Of a stretch of DNA of 64,000 bases, positions 26,312 through 35,640 are shown in pieces. Made by a program: the position numbers and the translations under genes. The DNA lies in the NCBI GenBank assembly GCA_937912025.1, contig CALDOZ010000010.1:4710-68709 (forward strand), written 5' to 3'. Within the stretch, counting starts at the first letter, position 1, and every line of letters begins with the position of its first letter. The notes under the pieces were generated by a model. That model searched no databases. It was given only the letters and a program-made list of their open reading frames with translations, and was not told the DNA's origin. This DNA comes from an uncultured Clostridia bacterium (GTDB lineage: Bacteria; Bacillota; Clostridia; Christensenellales; Borkfalkiaceae).

Positions 26312-27556
26312 ATGATAAACATACCAAAAGGAACTAAAGACGTATTACCAAGTGAAAGTTATAAGTGGCACTATATAGAAAATACCGCTCGTGAAGTTGC
26401 GTCTATATTTAATATTAAAGAAATAAGAACTCCTACTTTTGAGCATACAGAGTTATTTTTAAGGGGCGTTGGCGATACGACTGATATCGTTAACAAAGAA
26501 ATGTATACCTTCCTTGACAAAGGTAATAGAAGTATAACCTTAAAGCCTGAAGGAACGGCAGGCGTTGCTCGCGCCTTTATTGAAAACGGTTTATATAGTA
26601 GCGCTATGCCACTTAAAACGTATTATATTACCCCCGTTTTTCGTTATGAAAGACCACAAGCGGGTAGACTTCGCGAACACCACCAATTTGGAGTAGAGTT
26701 TTACGGTTCAGATTGCGCTAACATTGACGCGGAAGTTATTTTAACCGCTTATACCTTACTTACTAAGTTGGGTTTACAAGTTGAGCTTAATATAAATAGT
26801 ATGGGTTGTAAAACTTGTAGGGCGGAATACAATAAAGCGCTTAAAGAGTTTTTAAGCGACAATATTGACGATATGTGTCCTACTTGTAAAGATAGATACA
26901 ATAAAAACCCGCTTAGAATTTTAGACTGCAAAGAAGAAAATTGTAAAAAACTTACTTTAAACGCTCCTAAAATCGTTGATTACTTATGCGACGATTGTAA
27001 AAAGCATTTTGAAGATTTACAAAACTGTCTTGCATCCGCTGGGCTTAGTTATAAAATCAATCCGTTTATCGTTCGCGGTCTTGATTACTATACCAAAACC
27101 GTATTTGAGTTTGTAACAAATGCCCTTGGTTCGCAAGGAACTGTATGTGGTGGCGGAAGATACGATGGGTTAATTGAGCAAATTGGCGGAAAGTCTATTC
27201 CTGGCGTTGGTTTTGGTATGGGGCTTGAAAGAGTTTTAATGTTAATGGAGGCTGTAAACGCCCCAATTCCACAAGATAAAGGCGTTAAAGTGTATTTTGC
27301 TACAATGGGCGAAAAGCCGTATTTAAAGGCGTTTGAAGTGGTTAACACGTTAAGAACTAAGGGTATAAGCGCTGAAATTGATCATATGTCAAGAAGTTTT
27401 AAAGCTCAATTTAAGTATGCGGACAAGATAAACGCCGAGTACGTTATTGCTATCGGCGACAACGAACTTGAAAAGGGTAGCGTTTCTCTTAAACGTATGA
27501 GTGACGGCGTAGAAACTGAAATTTTAATTAACGATATCGTAAATTACAATTTTTAA
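26312..27556 (+). CDS. hisS: Histidine--tRNA ligase
   Basis: PKGTKDVLP start, RPEGTA-like LKPEGTAG, and class II motifs FRYERPQAGRLREHHQFG and GGGRYDGL. 414 aa. Only 9 nt downstream of hslU. Confidence 0.93.
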   Translation: MINIPKGTKDVLPSESYKWHYIENTAREVASIFNIKEIRTPTFEHTELFLRGVGDTTDIVNKEMYTFLDKGNRSITLKPEGTAGVARAFIENGLYSSAMPLKTYYITPVFRYERPQAGRLREHHQFGVEFYGSDCANIDAEVILTAYTLLTKLGLQVELNINSMGCKTCRAEYNKALKEFLSDNIDDMCPTCKDRYNKNPLRILDCKEENCKKLTLNAPKIVDYLCDDCKKHFEDLQNCLASAGLSYKINPFIVRGLDYYTKTVFEFVTNALGSQGTVCGGGRYDGLIEQIGGKSIPGVGFGMGLERVLMLMEAVNAPIPQDKGVKVYFATMGEKPYLKAFEVVNTLRTKGISAEIDHMSRSFKAQFKYADKINAEYVIAIGDNELEKGSVSLKRMSDGVETEILINDIVNYNF

Positions 27557-27603
27557 GTTATGAATAATTAAAAATATTTTAATAATAACTATTAGGAGGA
27601 AAT

Positions 27604-27930
27604 ATGAGTAATAACGTAGTAATTTTAAACTCTAATAATTTTGACGAGTTTATTTCAAATCAAGCAATTCCCGTATTAGTGGATTTTTGGGCTAATTGGT
27701 GTATGCCTTGTAAAATGCAAGCGCCAACGCTTGACGAGTTAGCAAACGATTTGCAAGGTAAAGCGGTTATTGCAAAAGTAAACGTAGACGAATGCGAAGA
27801 TTTAGCAATAAAATATAAAGTAAACGCTATTCCGTATCTTGCCGTGTTTAAAAATGGAAAATTTGTTGAAAATAAAGTAGGGTTATCAAGTAAAGAGCAG
27901 TTAAAATCGTTGCTTGAAAAATATATGTAA
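27604..27930 (+). CDS. trxA: Thioredoxin
   Basis: 108 aa. VLVDFWANWC-MP-CKM active site and a conserved AIPYL(cis-Pro) segment. AGGAGG SD. Confidence 0.9.
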   Translation: MSNNVVILNSNNFDEFISNQAIPVLVDFWANWCMPCKMQAPTLDELANDLQGKAVIAKVNVDECEDLAIKYKVNAIPYLAVFKNGKFVENKVGLSSKEQLKSLLEKYM

Positions 27931-27964
27931 AAAAAGACGGTGCTATCGTTAGCACCGTCTTTTA
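27931..27964. terminator. Bidirectional terminator between trxA and the lipid kinase gene
   Basis: 12-bp stem AAAGACGGTGCT (27933-27944) with AGCACCGTCTTT (27951-27962). Confidence 0.85.
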
Positions 27965-27985
27965 TCTTTTTGATTGAGTTTATTA

Positions 27986-28894
27986 TTAGTTTGGAATACC
28001 AAACTTAATTGCTTTATTTAAAATTTCAACTTCAAATTCCTTACCTGAAACTATTTCGCCGTCAATACAAACGTCAAACTCTTTGTTAGAATAAACTTTT
28101 ACTTTAGAAGAACGGCGATATTCCAAAAGTTTATTAATTCGCTTATTGTCTAAGTGTTCGCCTTTTTTATATACCCCTATAAGCGAAATTAAATTGAACA
28201 CGTTTGTTGGTTTGACAAGACAAATTTCCATAAGACCGTCGTCAATAACGTAACGAGGCGCGCATTTATATTTACCGCCAACGTAAGCGCCGTTAGCGAG
28301 AGTACATAATAAAAGTTTGCCGTTAGGGTTTAATATTTCGCCGTTAACTTCTACAGTAATGTCGTTAACAGTCGCTTTAAAAAGCGCCGCAATAATACCA
28401 AGAGTGTAGGCGTTTTGCGTTCTATTATTTTTGAGTTTATTGGCAACTTTACAAACGTACGCTTCAAAACCAAAGTTCGTTACGTTTAAAGAGTATAAAT
28501 CGTTAACCTTAATAACGTCTATCTCTTTATTTTTTGAATTTAAAAGTTTTTCTAAATTATTAAAACTGTTTATATCGCCAATAGATTTTACAAAATCGTT
28601 ACCGCTACCGCAAGGGTATAAAGATACGCTTGCATTATCGTAACCAACAACGCCGTTTACAACTTCATTAAGCGTTCCGTCGCCACCGCAAGCGTAGAAA
28701 CGAACTTCACCCGAGTAGTTTTTTAAATACTCGCGTGTAAATTCAGTGGCATCGCGCTGGTGGTCAGTTTGGTGAATTTCAATATCGTAATTATTAATAT
28801 ACGATTTTAAATCTGTGCTTATTTTATCGTATGAATTTTTTATGCCTGCTTTAGGGTTAATAATAAAAACGTGTTTCATCAAAAAATTATCCAT
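27986..28894 (-). CDS. Diacylglycerol/lipid kinase family protein (YegS/DagK-like)
   Basis: IINPKAG..., ACGGDGTLNEVVNG, and YPCGSGNDF motifs. The start is uncertain: either the ATG at 28894 or the internal ATG at 28879 (MKHVFIINP). Neither has a good SD. Confidence 0.82.
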   Translation of the reverse strand: MDNFLMKHVFIINPKAGIKNSYDKISTDLKSYINNYDIEIHQTDHQRDATEFTREYLKNYSGEVRFYACGGDGTLNEVVNGVVGYDNASVSLYPCGSGNDFVKSIGDINSFNNLEKLLNSKNKEIDVIKVNDLYSLNVTNFGFEAYVCKVANKLKNNRTQNAYTLGIIAALFKATVNDITVEVNGEILNPNGKLLLCTLANGAYVGGKYKCAPRYVIDDGLMEICLVKPTNVFNLISLIGVYKKGEHLDNKRINKLLEYRRSSKVKVYSNKEFDVCIDGEIVSGKEFEVEILNKAIKFGIPN

Positions 28895-28968
28895 TGTACA
28901 TTTTTAAGTAAATTTTAACACTATAATAAATAATAGTCAAATATTATTAAAAATTTTTTTAAAAACTC

Positions 28969-29024
28969 TTGACAAAAAATTTTTTTTAGTTTATTATTTT
29001 GTTAATGAGAATGATTATCATTAG
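28969..29024 (+). promoter_or_regulatory. perR-rbr promoter with a Fur/PerR-type box
   Basis: TTGACA (28969-28974), 17-nt spacer, TATTAT (28992-28997). An imperfect AT-rich inverted repeat TTAATGAGAATGATTATCATTAG (29002-29024) follows immediately downstream. Confidence 0.55.
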
Positions 29025-29047
29025 CAATAAAGATAAAGGAGGGTAAA

Positions 29048-29449
29048 ATGCGTAAAACGCTACAAAAAGAAGCAGTGCTAAAAGCAGTGCTTGAAAGTTG
29101 TGATCATCCTAATGCCGAGGCTGTATATATAAGAAGTAAAGCATATTATCCATCAATATCATTTGCTACGGTGTATAGAGCGCTTACAAGCCTCTCAAAC
29201 GAAGGTAAAATTTTAAAAATCTCTTGTCCTATGGGTGATAGGTTTGATAAAACTTTACATCCTCACGTTCACCTTAAGTGTTCGTGTTGTGGGGGAGTTA
29301 GCGATTTATTAGGTGTTAACGTTTTTGACGTTAAAAATGCAATAGAAACGTACAATGAAATTAAAATTGAGAAAATTGATTTTTTAGTTACGGGCGTGTG
29401 CAGGCAATGTAATAGTAATTTAAGCGAAAATTTCGCTAAATATAAATAA
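29048..29449 (+). CDS. perR: Fur family transcriptional repressor, PerR-like
   Basis: 133 aa with a winged-helix N-terminus. HxH and two CxxC pairs (HPHVHLKCSCCG ... CRQCN). Located upstream of rubrerythrin. The PerR assignment is contextual. Confidence 0.8.
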   Translation: MRKTLQKEAVLKAVLESCDHPNAEAVYIRSKAYYPSISFATVYRALTSLSNEGKILKISCPMGDRFDKTLHPHVHLKCSCCGGVSDLLGVNVFDVKNAIETYNEIKIEKIDFLVTGVCRQCNSNLSENFAKYK

Positions 29450-29472
29450 ATTAACACTAAAGGAGAAATATT

Positions 29473-30006
29473 ATGGAACTTAAAGGTACAAAAACTGAAA
29501 AAAATTTAATGGAAGCATTTGCAGGCGAAAGCCAAGCGCGTAATAAATACACATATTTTGCAAGCGTTGCTAAAAAAGAAGGTTATGAACAAATTGCAGA
29601 ATTTTTCTTAAAAACTGCTGATAACGAAAAAGAACACGCTAAGCTTTGGTTTAAAGCGTTAGATGGTATTGGTAATACTGCTCAAAACCTTGTTGCCGCC
29701 GCTGAAGGCGAACACGGCGAATGGACTGATATGTACGTTAGAATGGCTAACGAAGCCGAAGAAGAAGGTTTTAAAGCTATTGCCGCTCAATTTAGAGCAG
29801 TTGCTAAAGTAGAAAAAGAACACGAAGAAAGATACCAAGCGCTTTTAAAAAATATTCAAGAAAACAAAGTTTTTGAAAAAGAAGGCGTTGTTGTTTGGGA
29901 ATGCAGAAATTGCGGACATCTTCATATTGGAACTTCTGCTCCTAAGGTATGTCCTGTATGCGTACACCCACAAAGTTATTTTGAAGTAAGAAAACAAAAT
30001 TATTAA
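29473..30006 (+). CDS. rbr: Rubrerythrin
   Basis: Ferritin-like ExxH pairs ([18 protein letters not shown]). C-terminal rubredoxin-like domain CRNCGH...CPVC. Confidence 0.93.
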   Translation: MELKGTKTEKNLMEAFAGESQARNKYTYFASVAKKEGYEQIAEFFLKTADNEKEHAKLWFKALDGIGNTAQNLVAAAEGEHGEWTDMYVRMANEAEEEGFKAIAAQFRAVAKVEKEHEERYQALLKNIQENKVFEKEGVVVWECRNCGHLHIGTSAPKVCPVCVHPQSYFEVRKQNY

Positions 30007-30041
30007 TTTATAATTTTAAAATAATTTATCCTTAGTAAAGG

Positions 30042-30087
30042 CGAGTAGTTATTACGTTTAAACGTTGCGTAATCAACTACTCGTTTT
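30042..30087 (+). terminator. Rho-independent terminator after rubrerythrin
   Basis: 9-bp stem CGAGTAGTT/AACTACTCG, plus inner ATTACG/CGTAAT pairing and a T4 run. Confidence 0.8.
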
Positions 30088-30119
30088 ATATATATTGTTT
30101 TAATTTTTTTGTTTGCATC

Positions 30120-30148
30120 TTGAAATTTTTAGCGCGTTATGTTAAAAT
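30120..30148 (+). promoter_or_regulatory. Promoter of the 30.2-35.6 kb eight-gene operon
   Basis: TTGAAA (30120-30125), 17-nt spacer, extended -10 TGtTAAAAT (30140-30148). Confidence 0.5.
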
Positions 30149-30213
30149 GAAAATGTATTGAAATATTTTGATAAAAATATTGTAATATAATAAATTTGTT
30201 ATAAAAAATAATT

Positions 30214-30399
30214 ATGTATATTCCTCAAAACGCAGAAATTTTATTAAGTGTAATCAACACGTTACTTAGAGATAAATATAGTTCAATCTATGACTTATGC
30301 GACTATGAAGACGTAGATTTTAATTTAGTTAATTGTAAACTTGAAAGTGTTGGGTACGTTTATAACGAAAAAACAAATTCTTATATTTTAAAGGATTAG
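30214..30399 (+). CDS. DUF4250-like small protein
   Basis: 61 aa. The LLSVINTLLRDKYSS...DLC pattern is typical of DUF4250. No SD. Confidence 0.55.
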   Translation: MYIPQNAEILLSVINTLLRDKYSSIYDLCDYEDVDFNLVNCKLESVGYVYNEKTNSYILKD

Positions 30400-30400
30400 T

Positions 30401-31429
30401 ATGAAGAAATTTAAATTAACAATTATAAGCATTTTATTACTAATATTTTCTTTTATGGCTATGGCTTGTGAAGATGAGCACGTTCATACCTATAGTGATA
30501 CGTATTCTTATAACGACGTTTACCATTGGTATGCTGCAACGTGCGAGCATTCTGAACTTCGAGACGATCGTTTTAAACACGAATATAATTTTAATTACGA
30601 ATGTATCGTTTGCGGGTATAAACATACGCATTCTTTTGATAATGACGACAAATGTATTTGTGGAGAAGTTAAAGATGGTAATTCTCAAGAACAACCGCCT
30701 GTTGAAATAACTTCGCTTGATAATAAAACGTTTAAATTAAAGTCCGTTATCGTTAGCGATGAAGACGGAACAAATTGGGAAAGACACAATGTTGGAACAA
30801 ATAATTACACTGTAGATAATTATAATTTAACTTTCTTAGGTAACGGAGTTGGCTACTGTAATTTTGGCTCTCCTATTGATTATAAAATTGCATACGTTGA
30901 ACAAGAAAAATTAGTTACTGTAAAAGTTGAGAGTGACGGGGTTGACGTCAATCAATATACTAATACTGCCGAATACAAAAAAACAACGAAAACTTACCTT
31001 GGAGAAATAAAAAACGGGCAATTAGAATTATTTACAACCATTTTAAACAAACCTACCGGCATAACTAAAAAATACACTTACGTTTTCGTTTGTGATGCGG
31101 AGAATACTTTAACCGCTCAAGATTATCCTTATCTTTATAATTATTTTATAGGTGAATATACAACTAAGATTAACGATACTACAAGTTACGTTGACGTTAC
31201 CGTTAAAGAAAACAATAAAGCAGACTATATCCAATATAGTTATAATGGTAGCGAATATACGCCAACCGTTTATAGCGACTGTACGGCAATTTTAACAAGT
31301 ATGAAATCTAATAACGAGTATTATTACGTTATAAGATTATATTACGTTAACCGCCTTAACGCACTTGTAAACGTGGAAATTAAATTTAAACTTAACGGTC
31401 AATGCGTTAATTTTACGGAGAAAGTATGA
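30401..31429 (+). CDS. Lipoprotein with N-terminal Cys/His-rich module, unknown function
   Basis: Signal peptide and lipobox (LLLIFSFMAMA-C). Followed by an H/C-rich stretch (HVHTY...HWYAATCEHSE...CIVCGYKHTH...CICGE). 342 aa. Confidence 0.6.
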   Translation: MKKFKLTIISILLLIFSFMAMACEDEHVHTYSDTYSYNDVYHWYAATCEHSELRDDRFKHEYNFNYECIVCGYKHTHSFDNDDKCICGEVKDGNSQEQPPVEITSLDNKTFKLKSVIVSDEDGTNWERHNVGTNNYTVDNYNLTFLGNGVGYCNFGSPIDYKIAYVEQEKLVTVKVESDGVDVNQYTNTAEYKKTTKTYLGEIKNGQLELFTTILNKPTGITKKYTYVFVCDAENTLTAQDYPYLYNYFIGEYTTKINDTTSYVDVTVKENNKADYIQYSYNGSEYTPTVYSDCTAILTSMKSNNEYYYVIRLYYVNRLNALVNVEIKFKLNGQCVNFTEKV

Positions 31430-32319
31430 AAAAAGGCTTAATTGTTGTTAACGCGTATTGTAATATTCCGTCAATGCTTAATCAAAGCGTTAGACTCAAA
31501 GAAGAGTTTGAAAGACTTGGCGTTAACGTTGACGTAGTTAAAAACGGATATAACTTATTTTTAGATAGCGACGGTAATATATCTGGTGATATTGATAGTT
31601 ACGATTTTTGTATTTATCTTGATAAAGATAAGTATTTTGCCGAACTTTTACAAAGAAAGGGTATAAGAACGTTTAATAAAATTTCTTCGATAACAACTTG
31701 CGACGATAAGATGCTTACTCAAATTGCACTATGTAATATTAACGTTAAAATGCCAAAGACTTTTTATGCTCCGCTAAATTATTCAAATTGTGAAGTTGGC
31801 GTCGATGAGTTAAAAAAAGTAAGTGACGCGCTTAAATTTCCGCTAGTTGTTAAACTTAGTTATAGTTCGCTTGGGAAAGGCGTTTTTAAAGTTGATAATA
31901 TTGAAGATTTTTATAAAATTGTAAACGCAAATAAAAATAGCGCCAAACTTTATCAAGAATACGTTAGTTCAAGTTATGGTAAAGACGTAAGAATTATTTG
32001 TATAGGTAAAAAATACTTATGCGCGATGCTTAGAAAATCAACGACTGATTTTCGTTCTAACGCTGAACTTGGCGGAGTGGGCTATGAATATAATCCGCCA
32101 AAAGAATTTATTGAAGTTGCTGAGAAAATTGCCGACGTTTTAGATCTTGATTATATGGGTGTTGATTTAATGTTTGGCAAAGATAACGAGCCTATTTTAT
32201 GTGAAGTAAATTCTAACGCGTTTTTCGGCGTAATGGAAAAGGTTTCTAAAGTAAACGTTGCAAAAGCATACGCAAACTACGTTATTAGTCAAGTGTATTG
32301 TAAGGAGAATTTATTATGA
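31426..32319 (+). CDS. RimK-type ATP-grasp ligase
   Basis: 297 aa. ATP-grasp pattern (FPLVVKLSYSSLGKGVFKV, QEYV..., GKDVRIICIG, DLDYMGVDLMF, EVNSNA). ATGA overlap with the upstream gene. Confidence 0.75.
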   Translation: MKKGLIVVNAYCNIPSMLNQSVRLKEEFERLGVNVDVVKNGYNLFLDSDGNISGDIDSYDFCIYLDKDKYFAELLQRKGIRTFNKISSITTCDDKMLTQIALCNINVKMPKTFYAPLNYSNCEVGVDELKKVSDALKFPLVVKLSYSSLGKGVFKVDNIEDFYKIVNANKNSAKLYQEYVSSSYGKDVRIICIGKKYLCAMLRKSTTDFRSNAELGGVGYEYNPPKEFIEVAEKIADVLDLDYMGVDLMFGKDNEPILCEVNSNAFFGVMEKVSKVNVAKAYANYVISQVYCKENLL

Positions 32320-32768
32320 TAATTGATAAACTTGAAAATTTAAGTAGATATGATTACGTTCCAAACGTATCTAAAGCGGTTGAATTTATAAAAAACAACG
32401 ATTTGTTAACTCTTGATTGTGGTAAGTATGACCTTGGCGACGAGTGTTTTGTTAACGTTAGCGAATACTTGACCAAAGAAGAGGATGAAGACGGTATCGA
32501 ACTTGAAGCGCACGTTGAATATCTTGATATTCAATTTACCGTTTTAGGTAGCGAAATGCTTTATTATCAAGCTATAGAACTTGGAGAAAGTATAATTGAT
32601 TACAATAAAAAGAAAGATATAGAATTTTTCACTTCCGCGTGGGCTAATTCTCTTTGTCTATACGCTGGCAATTTTGCTTTAATATTTCCTAACGATTTAC
32701 ACGCTGGCGGGTTTGTTGCAGATAGCGAAGAAAAGGTAAAGAAATTTGTATTTAAACTTAAAATATAA
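32316..32768 (+). CDS. YhcH/YjgK/YiaL (DUF386) family protein
   Basis: 150 aa. MIIDKLENLSRY... start and the H.EY.DIQ pattern (AHVEYLDIQF). ATGA overlap with the upstream gene. Confidence 0.7.
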   Translation: MIIDKLENLSRYDYVPNVSKAVEFIKNNDLLTLDCGKYDLGDECFVNVSEYLTKEEDEDGIELEAHVEYLDIQFTVLGSEMLYYQAIELGESIIDYNKKKDIEFFTSAWANSLCLYAGNFALIFPNDLHAGGFVADSEEKVKKFVFKLKI

Positions 32769-33232
32769 TGGAAAAAACAAACGTAATGCGTCTATTAGAC
32801 GTAACTAGTATAGAGTATTTTGCATTTGAATACAGTAGCGAAATAACTGACGGGAAATTGGTTGCTAGGGCTTTAAATGAAGATGAAAATTGCGTTTTTA
32901 AAACGCTTGTCACGGTTGCTCCTACAAAAAATTATTACGTTTTCGTAATTCCGGTTAACTGCACGCTTAATCTAAAAAAAGCGGCAAAAGTAGTAAATGA
33001 AAAATCAATAGAAATGCTCAAACAAAAAGACTTGTTACCGCTTACTGGGTATATTCACGGCGGTTGCTCGCCAATAGGTATGAAAAAGCCTTTTAAGACG
33101 GTTATTAACGATACTGCGGAACTTTTTGATTATATTTACGTTTCCGCTGGCAAGGTTGGTAAGCAAATAAAAATAAACGCTAACGACCTTGCAAGTTATA
33201 TTGGTGCAAGTTTTTTTGATATTACTGATTAA
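32768..33232 (+). CDS. ybaK: Cys-tRNA(Pro)/Cys-tRNA(Cys) deacylase YbaK
   Basis: 154 aa. KTNVMRLLD start, FKTLV, and GYIHGGCSPIG motif. TAATG overlap with the upstream gene. Confidence 0.85.
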   Translation: MEKTNVMRLLDVTSIEYFAFEYSSEITDGKLVARALNEDENCVFKTLVTVAPTKNYYVFVIPVNCTLNLKKAAKVVNEKSIEMLKQKDLLPLTGYIHGGCSPIGMKKPFKTVINDTAELFDYIYVSAGKVGKQIKINANDLASYIGASFFDITD

Positions 33233-33233
33233 A

Positions 33234-34067
33234 ATGAAGAAAAACGACGTAAACAATACAATAAAAAGTGGCGAAAACGTTAAAAATTACGGAGTGTTAA
33301 AGACGTGCGTATTACTTTTAGCGTTTATAATAGCCTATGCTATTTCGCTATATCTAAATGGATTAAATGAAACTAATAGAAAATTGATTTTATTAGTTGC
33401 TTTTGGCGTGGTTGGTTTTTTATTGTTTTACGTTGTTTATTATTTGGCTTATTTTATTAGTTTTTTATCGCTTAAACGTAAGGCGAAGAAACTTTCAAAC
33501 AACGTTATAAATTGCGACGACGAACTTGCCGAATATTTTAACGGTGACGACGTTTATTTTAAATATAAAGGCGAACTTACTTTAAAAAATAATCTATCTA
33601 ATTTTGCTACTAAAATTTCTCAAACTATGAACGATATAGCATCAAAATATAGTCAAGAAAGTGAGTATGCATACGTTAATTATACCGTTTACGACGCGTT
33701 AGATATTTTTGGAAACGCAATAAATTATTTACATAACGGTATTGATAAATATTTTAAAGGCTTAAATTTGCAAAATTGGTCGTTTATCAATTTGAAAGGC
33801 GTTATAGAAAAAAGTTTAGACGATAATAAAATTGAAGAACTTGCGGTAACGGGGGAAGAGTCGTCCGCTTTTAAAAAGTTTTTTACTAATGTAAAAAATA
33901 AAATAGTTGATAAAAGTAAAAAAATAGGTAATTATATTATTAGCGCTCCATTAACCTCCCTTTTAAACGACGTACTCGTATTCGTTGCGGGTGAAGGTTT
34001 TAGAGTTTTTAGCAAAAACGGAAAGAAACCAAAAACTAAAAAGGCGGTAGAAAACAATAATGAATGA
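33234..34067 (+). CDS. Membrane-anchored protein, unknown function
   Basis: I prefer the ATG at 33234 (MKKNDVNN), 1 nt after the ybaK stop, over the ATG at 33189 inside ybaK. Two N-terminal TM segments, then a Lys-rich soluble region. Confidence 0.55.
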   Translation: MKKNDVNNTIKSGENVKNYGVLKTCVLLLAFIIAYAISLYLNGLNETNRKLILLVAFGVVGFLLFYVVYYLAYFISFLSLKRKAKKLSNNVINCDDELAEYFNGDDVYFKYKGELTLKNNLSNFATKISQTMNDIASKYSQESEYAYVNYTVYDALDIFGNAINYLHNGIDKYFKGLNLQNWSFINLKGVIEKSLDDNKIEELAVTGEESSAFKKFFTNVKNKIVDKSKKIGNYIISAPLTSLLNDVLVFVAGEGFRVFSKNGKKPKTKKAVENNNE

Positions 34068-34821
34068 TTTTTTATCTCTTTTAAGTGACGTTTTAAGCGT
34101 TTTTAGTATTGTTGGTTTTGTAGTTTTAGGGTTTTCTATCGCTGTAAAATCATTTACAGTAAAAACTATTAAAAAAATTCAAGACGCGTCTGACGTTAAT
34201 TATTTATCAATTGATTATACTAAGCGTGGCGAGTGTGATAAAATAATTGAAAACGTTAAAATTGACGTTGATAAATATTTGCAACAATCAGATAACGTTA
34301 ACAAAATAAAAAAGCGCAATAAAAGGCGTAAATTTTTTAAACTCAAACAACTTGACGAGCCTAATATTGACGTAAATATTAAAGGAATATTTTTTGATTA
34401 TATAAAAAATCTTGCAAAAGTATTTTACGGCGACGATGCCGAAGACGTATTTTTAAAATTTTCAGAAAAAGAGATTTTTTATATTTTGAATACTTTAAAA
34501 GAACGTTTAATTGTTATTTTAGACAGCACTAAAATAATTTGGCTTAAACAAATAAAAATTGCCGTAATTTTACATTTTTTTAACCTTTATTCTAACTTTA
34601 CTAAAAGTAAAATCGGCGTAACCTTTTTTATCGTTAAAGGAGTGCTTGATTTTTGTTTAAAAGTGGCGTCTATATTCTCTCCAACAAGCATAAGTAAACG
34701 CCTAATTAACGGTATAAGTAGTAAAAATTTGAAAGATATAATAGTTCAAACGGTTATTACGGTAGTTGGTAAAGAACTATCGGTTATATATCAAAATAAA
34801 CAGTTGTTATCAAGAAAATAA
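34060..34821 (+). CDS. Membrane-anchored protein, unknown function
   Basis: 253 aa. Overlaps the previous gene by 8 nt. One N-terminal TM segment, a KR-rich patch (KKRNKRRKFFKLK), and a hydrophobic C-terminal half. Confidence 0.5.
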   Translation: MNDFLSLLSDVLSVFSIVGFVVLGFSIAVKSFTVKTIKKIQDASDVNYLSIDYTKRGECDKIIENVKIDVDKYLQQSDNVNKIKKRNKRRKFFKLKQLDEPNIDVNIKGIFFDYIKNLAKVFYGDDAEDVFLKFSEKEIFYILNTLKERLIVILDSTKIIWLKQIKIAVILHFFNLYSNFTKSKIGVTFFIVKGVLDFCLKVASIFSPTSISKRLINGISSKNLKDIIVQTVITVVGKELSVIYQNKQLLSRK

Positions 34822-34823
34822 TT

Positions 34824-35603
34824 ATGTTATACGAAAAAGCTGCAGATAAAAATTATTACTTTTTATTAGACGAAAGAAAATGCGATTACTGTAAATTTAG
34901 CGTTGCTCCGCATTGTCATGATAGTATAGAATTTTTAATAATAGAAAAGGGTAGTGTGTTAACTTCAGTTAACGGAGTTTCTCGAACGCTATGTGAAAAT
35001 TCAATTGCGTTTATTGATAGTTATGATATACATTCCTATTATGCTACTGAGTTGTCTAGTTATGTTCTAGTTTTTTCAAAGGAATATTGTAGGCTTTTTT
35101 CAGAGGCTGAGTACACGTTTAATAATTTTATAACGTTAAATGCTGATGCGTTTAATAAAATTTTAAATACCGTTAAAAATTTTTACGCAAACTATAATGA
35201 TAATAAAAATAATAGGTATTTAGTTGAAAGTTTATCTTCATTTATTATGGGAGTATTGCTTCAAAACGAAACTACCATAACAAAAAATAAAGATAAAACT
35301 AAAGAAGTTATGGTTGAAGTTTTAAATTATATTAACGATAATTTTGATAAAGAAATTGATATGCCGAGCGTTGCTAATGAGTTTGGATATACTCCTAACT
35401 ATTTTTCTAATATTTTTAATAAGTTTACAAAAATGTCGTTTAACGACTACGTTAACTTAATAAGATATAAAAAAGCGCTTAAAATATTAAAAAATAACGT
35501 TCATAACTATTCAATAACCGATATTGCGTTTAGTTGTGGTTTTGGTAGTATGAATACTTTTTATAGAACGAAGAAAAAATTTGAAAATACACAAAAATCG
35601 TAA
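34824..35603 (+). CDS. AraC family transcriptional regulator
   Basis: 259 aa. Cupin-like N-terminus (HCHDSIEFLIIEKG) and a C-terminal AraC HTH (ANEFGYTPNYFSNIFNKFTKMSFNDY...GFGSMNTFYR). Confidence 0.8.
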   Translation: MLYEKAADKNYYFLLDERKCDYCKFSVAPHCHDSIEFLIIEKGSVLTSVNGVSRTLCENSIAFIDSYDIHSYYATELSSYVLVFSKEYCRLFSEAEYTFNNFITLNADAFNKILNTVKNFYANYNDNKNNRYLVESLSSFIMGVLLQNETTITKNKDKTKEVMVEVLNYINDNFDKEIDMPSVANEFGYTPNYFSNIFNKFTKMSFNDYVNLIRYKKALKILKNNVHNYSITDIAFSCGFGSMNTFYRTKKKFENTQKS

Positions 35604-35640
35604 AATTTGACATAAAAATGATAATATAAGAAATGAAAAG

